Shown piece after piece: positions 60,503 through 64,000 of a stretch of 64,000 nt of DNA. The DNA comes from Amoebophrya sp. A120 (taxonomy: Eukaryota; Protista; Dinoflagellata), in contig CAJINV010000002.1 of the NCBI GenBank assembly GCA_905178155.1, positions 4,645,709 through 4,709,708 of the forward strand, given 5' to 3'. The translations under genes and the position numbers were made by a program. Below the pieces are notes generated by a model. That model ran no database searches, was not told the origin of the DNA, and worked only from the letters and a program-made list of their open reading frames with translations. Numbering within the stretch: position 1 is the stretch's first letter; each line of letters starts with the position of its first letter.

Positions 60503-61629
60503 ACTTCCTGGGGCCCCGTCTTTGCCGTCCTTGCTAGACATATTTTTTTTTTCTTGCCAATTGTGTCTGCTCGTGGAACAAGATCAAGATGATATTGCCT
60601 TCACAAAACAAAACTTCGTTGGTCCATTGACATCACGAAAAACCGCAAGATAAAACAAAGTCAAAGAAAGTCTATCAACTCCTCGTCCTCGCTTCAACAC
60701 GATGATACCTATGGATAAAGTGAAAAGTATTTTTTTTCTACTTGAAACCCCCTTGTTGGTCCAAAAACTCAATGGTTGCGGCATCAACAAAAAAATGTGA
60801 ACACCGTTTTTTTTCCCCGCAAGAATAGTTCGCGAATCTTCCGGCAAACGGGCCAACAACTTTTTTCTTTTGATTTTAGTTCTGGAGCACCCTTTTTTCG
60901 GGTGCAATATTTTATGTAATGTTTCTATACGCGCCGCATGAAGTTGTAGATCTAGATCCTCTTGTATACCTATCAAGAAGACTCATCAGAGTAGTGCTCT
61001 GATGCTAGAATTTGATCCATCGAAAAGTCCTAGACCAGCAGCAGGCGGGAAGTGCAGCCGCCAGATTCAGCTATGGCTCCAAGACTTTTTTATCTTTTTC
61101 GGCACACTTCTACATTTTTGATAAGGTTTTTTCCTTACCTTCCTGTCTTGTGCTTGTTGCTTTTCTTCCAGACGAGCAGTGGAAGAATAGTAACGTAGCA
61201 AGTTTTGTTCAGTCATTAATACAGCTCACAATTTTACAACTACCTCCTGGTGTATTAATTTAGTACTTTTGCAGCTCCTCGATAGAAGCATAAGCTCTAT
61301 CCTATATCTTCCTTCCCCTAATCCAACCCGTATCTTTCGCGTTTTTCCGCTGCTCTTCTTTTTTTCACATGATATTCAAGTCCAACGAGATAGTGCATAC
61401 GGCAGCTCCTAGTAGGACCTTTTGCAGGTAGTTTATTCCGAACTTGTTACAATTTACTAGGTTTCCGCCTCGAGATAGATTCAACATCGTTCGCTTCGTG
61501 TTCGTCTTGGTCTTCGTAATCGTATAATTGATAACTAAACAAGATCATAGTGCTGAGTGAGGTTCTTAGTGTAGTGAGTCACACCCTTGGCAACATCACC
61601 CTGCTACTAACTGCGAGCATCCAGCTTAA

Positions 61630-63811
61630 TTATGGAGGTACTAGTTCTTCCGGCTTCCAGCACAGTTTCGCGACTGGCTTCTCGTCGTGCAGGGTCGTGA
61701 GGTCAACCTCGAAAGGCACGGACGTCTTCCACTTTTCGTTGCTTGGTTTCTAGTATGCATTGCTAAAGTATCGTAGTCATACTAAAACTAATCGTCAACA
61801 TCGCAAGAAGCATGCACAACTTTATAAATTCTTTTTCTCGAGGTTGTAAACCCGCAGTACAAATTTCGTTTCTCATGCTGAGCTAGCAAATGCGACGTCA
61901 TGCAGTTTTTGAATGTACTAGTGGGCACGATACTTTTGCACTGGATAGCCAGTCCTTCGAGAAATCAAGGGCCTTCCAGGCCCCGGTTGGCTTCGTGGGG
62001 TCGGCCGGTGTATTCGGGTCGTACAGTCCCAAGTTGGAATATAAGAGTGCACAACTCCCCCTCGCGACCTAATGCAAAATCCCAAATCCAGTTGGTGCCT
62101 TGTGGCTCTGTTTGCTACTTCAGCTTATTTTACTTTTTGTTTATTATTTTACAAACTCGTCCAGAAGCCGTGCAAGTTTGGAGTTCTAGACTCGGCGCCT
62201 GAACTTGTCATGCACAGTGTCCTCCACGTGCACGTGTGTTGGGCTTGTGATAGACATCCTATACAAGTGAGGGGGACCAAGGAAACGAGTTTTGCACTCT
62301 CATATGTTGAACATGGTAGTGGAGTGCGTCACCATGAACACGATCTTTCCCTCAAGTTGGGTCATGTCGAAGGCCCCCTGTTGCTGCGTAAAATGCTCCC
62401 CGGCGAGCGCCTTGCGGAGCATGCGCCAGCTGCGCTTTTGCAGCTCCAAGAACTTCACGCCAACTTTTTTGTTGTCGTTGTCGTCACTGGGCCAGGTTTT
62501 TGCGTTATCGCACGAAAAAGCTGCCGCAGTCTCAACTTGTAGTAATGCAGCGGACACTCGTCTTTCCTGAGCCACTGAATATTTTTTGTCATCATGCTCA
62601 GCGTGCGAGAAAGCCACAGGGGCCTCTCCGTTCACATGTCTGTCTTTATGTTTCTCTCGCTGGTTGAAGCCTCACAGGAGCGATTTGGTGTGTTATGATA
62701 TGATGATTTGCGCTGATGCTGCGTCTGCAAGGCTAGGCTAAGGCTTGAGACTGAGACAGTTTTATTCTTTCATATTTGTCTTCGGCCCCGTAGAACCAGC
62801 TGTGCTGCGAATCATCCGCGTTTTGCAGGAAGAAGATGTTGTCACTCGGGTATGCAATACAAATCATCGGCCATACACGTAGGCTCTTGTTGTAGTACAA
62901 AACGGCGCAATGCTAAGTTTGTAATGTTCATCTTCATGCCGAAATAAAAAAATGACGCTTATATATGAAAATCAAAATTTTTCATGCCGAACTGCATGTT
63001 GGTTGCAAAAGAATTCTTTCATGCTCAGCTACTAGCATTAGCCATCGCTTGTACTACTGCCGTGTACAGCGGTTATTTTTTCGTTTCCTGTGAATACGAA
63101 AGGATTCCCGTCTATGTCTTTCCACGAGGACGTCAACGGCCACTTGTCCGTTTCTGTGCCGTACTCGGATTTGGGAAGCTTGGTCGGATCCCAGCCCGGC
63201 GTGCCCGTCTCGCGAATTTCCGGAGTGAGGATGATCTTCTCTCGTCCAGCGTAGTCGGCTTCCGTGCCGTACTTGCCCGAGCTCACGAGCCCCTGGATGA
63301 AAAAGCTGGCCGTTTCCATGGCCCGGCGCATCGGGGAGACGAGGAACACGATATCCTTGCGGTCGTTGTCACTCAGTAGCTCCGGGTACACTTCGGCGAA
63401 TTTCGCTCCACCGTCTTTAGCCTCCGTTTGCCCGTCCCGTCCCTCGCCCTTCTTCGTGAGCGGGGGATCGGTTTGGTCGCCCCACTTTGGCAACTTCGCG
63501 TTGGCCGTCGACTCCGCGTGCCGCATGACAAACAGCTTCTTCGGGCCGACGGAGGTAGGAAGAACCTTCATCGGCGTCGGCGGCTTGATGGTGCTGCCCT
63601 TTGCTCCTGCTCCTCCCCCCTCGCCACAGACGCCCACGCACCAAAAACTGTGTGCAGCGACGAAACGATCCGCTGGAGAGAACGCGGTGAAGGTCAGCAC
63701 CAGGTGCGCGGCCAACATCTTCAAGCCGCGACGAGTAGAAGAGGGCGAGCAACGAGAAACTCCAGAGGTCGAAGAGGATGAAAGCGACAACATTTTGCTG
63801 GACGTGGTCAA
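61630..63811 (-). CDS. Histidine phosphatase (phosphoglycerate-mutase superfamily), probably secreted; multi-exon
   Basis: LFVMRHAES, DPPLT..G, LVSPMRRAMETA, PEIRE, and downstream IVFMVTHS; hydrophobic leader; splicing between ~62640 and ~63070 not resolved. Confidence 0.82.
61754..61947. mobile_element. TIR introner, family A (diverged)
   Basis: Ends tatgcattgctaaagtatcgt / acgatacttttgcactggata; flanks tctag/gccag; removal gives SKDW-(Q/K)PSNEKW. Confidence 0.85.
62040..62304. mobile_element. TIR introner, singleton family H
   Basis: TIR tataagagtgcacaactc / gagttttgcactctcata; flanks diverged; removal with 5 bp keeps frame (TMFN..LGLYDP). Confidence 0.8.
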
Positions 63812-64000
63812 CGATTACGATAGTGTAGTTGCACTCAGATTGTTGATGTTGAAAAAAAAACAAATGCGCGGAAAAAAAGATGGTTGTACCAAAACTTGTT
63901 CTATTGCGACTGATCCAACAACAAAGTATTGTACCAGTTTCTTTCAGTAGAACTTTGAATGAAGAAGCTACTTCCCGGAGTAAAGTCTCGTGAAGAGAAG

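Noticed and set aside
62851-63070. Possible 36th introner in the histidine phosphatase gene (starts tatgcaataca, contains tttgtaatg)
   Set aside because: I could not find a matching right terminus or a 5-bp repeat that restores the frame, so it is left uncalled.
20348-63811. Alternative genetic code with reassigned stop codons
   Set aside because: RPS15, the cold-shock gene, UBA1 and others translate without internal stops under the standard code once introns are removed.
360-63950. Many long plus-strand ORFs (e.g. 3707-4450, 5880-6623, 54630-55529, 63264-63950)
   Set aside because: They are antisense shadows of GC-rich minus-strand exons with no recognisable motifs.

Overview
Eukaryotic genomic DNA, most likely from a syndinean dinoflagellate such as Amoebophrya. 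That assignment is my inference from gene architecture, not a database result. All ~14 protein genes I can support lie on the minus strand. Recognisable ones are a ~3,200-aa WW-like/SH3b-like/LRR protein, RPS15, a cold-shock-domain protein, an MFS transporter, a dual-specificity phosphatase, a twin-CX9C mitochondrial protein, a DUF1810-like membrane protein, ubiquitin E1 (UBA1-like), a class-3 lipase and a histidine phosphatase. The dominant signal is 35 insertions inside coding exons, mostly 135-450 bp and one of 1.1 kb. They fall into about nine terminal-inverted-repeat (TIR) families, start TAT (twice TGT), end ATA and are flanked by a 5-bp direct repeat. In the junctions I translated by hand, removing the element plus one repeat copy restores the reading frame, and those whose boundaries I enumerated have no GT-AG register. 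The same family occurs in either orientation, and unrelated families share a CAT(G/T)ACAAA motif. These look like transposon-derived non-canonical introns (introners) removed by a symmetric, unexplained mechanism, alongside ordinary GT-AG introns. Also present: three tandem box C/D snoRNA candidates in an MFS intron, a 1.3-kb TIR element that may supply its own GT donor, a perfect 73-bp palindrome and a segment bracketed by a 42-bp direct repeat. All coordinates were read by eye and may be off by a few bases.
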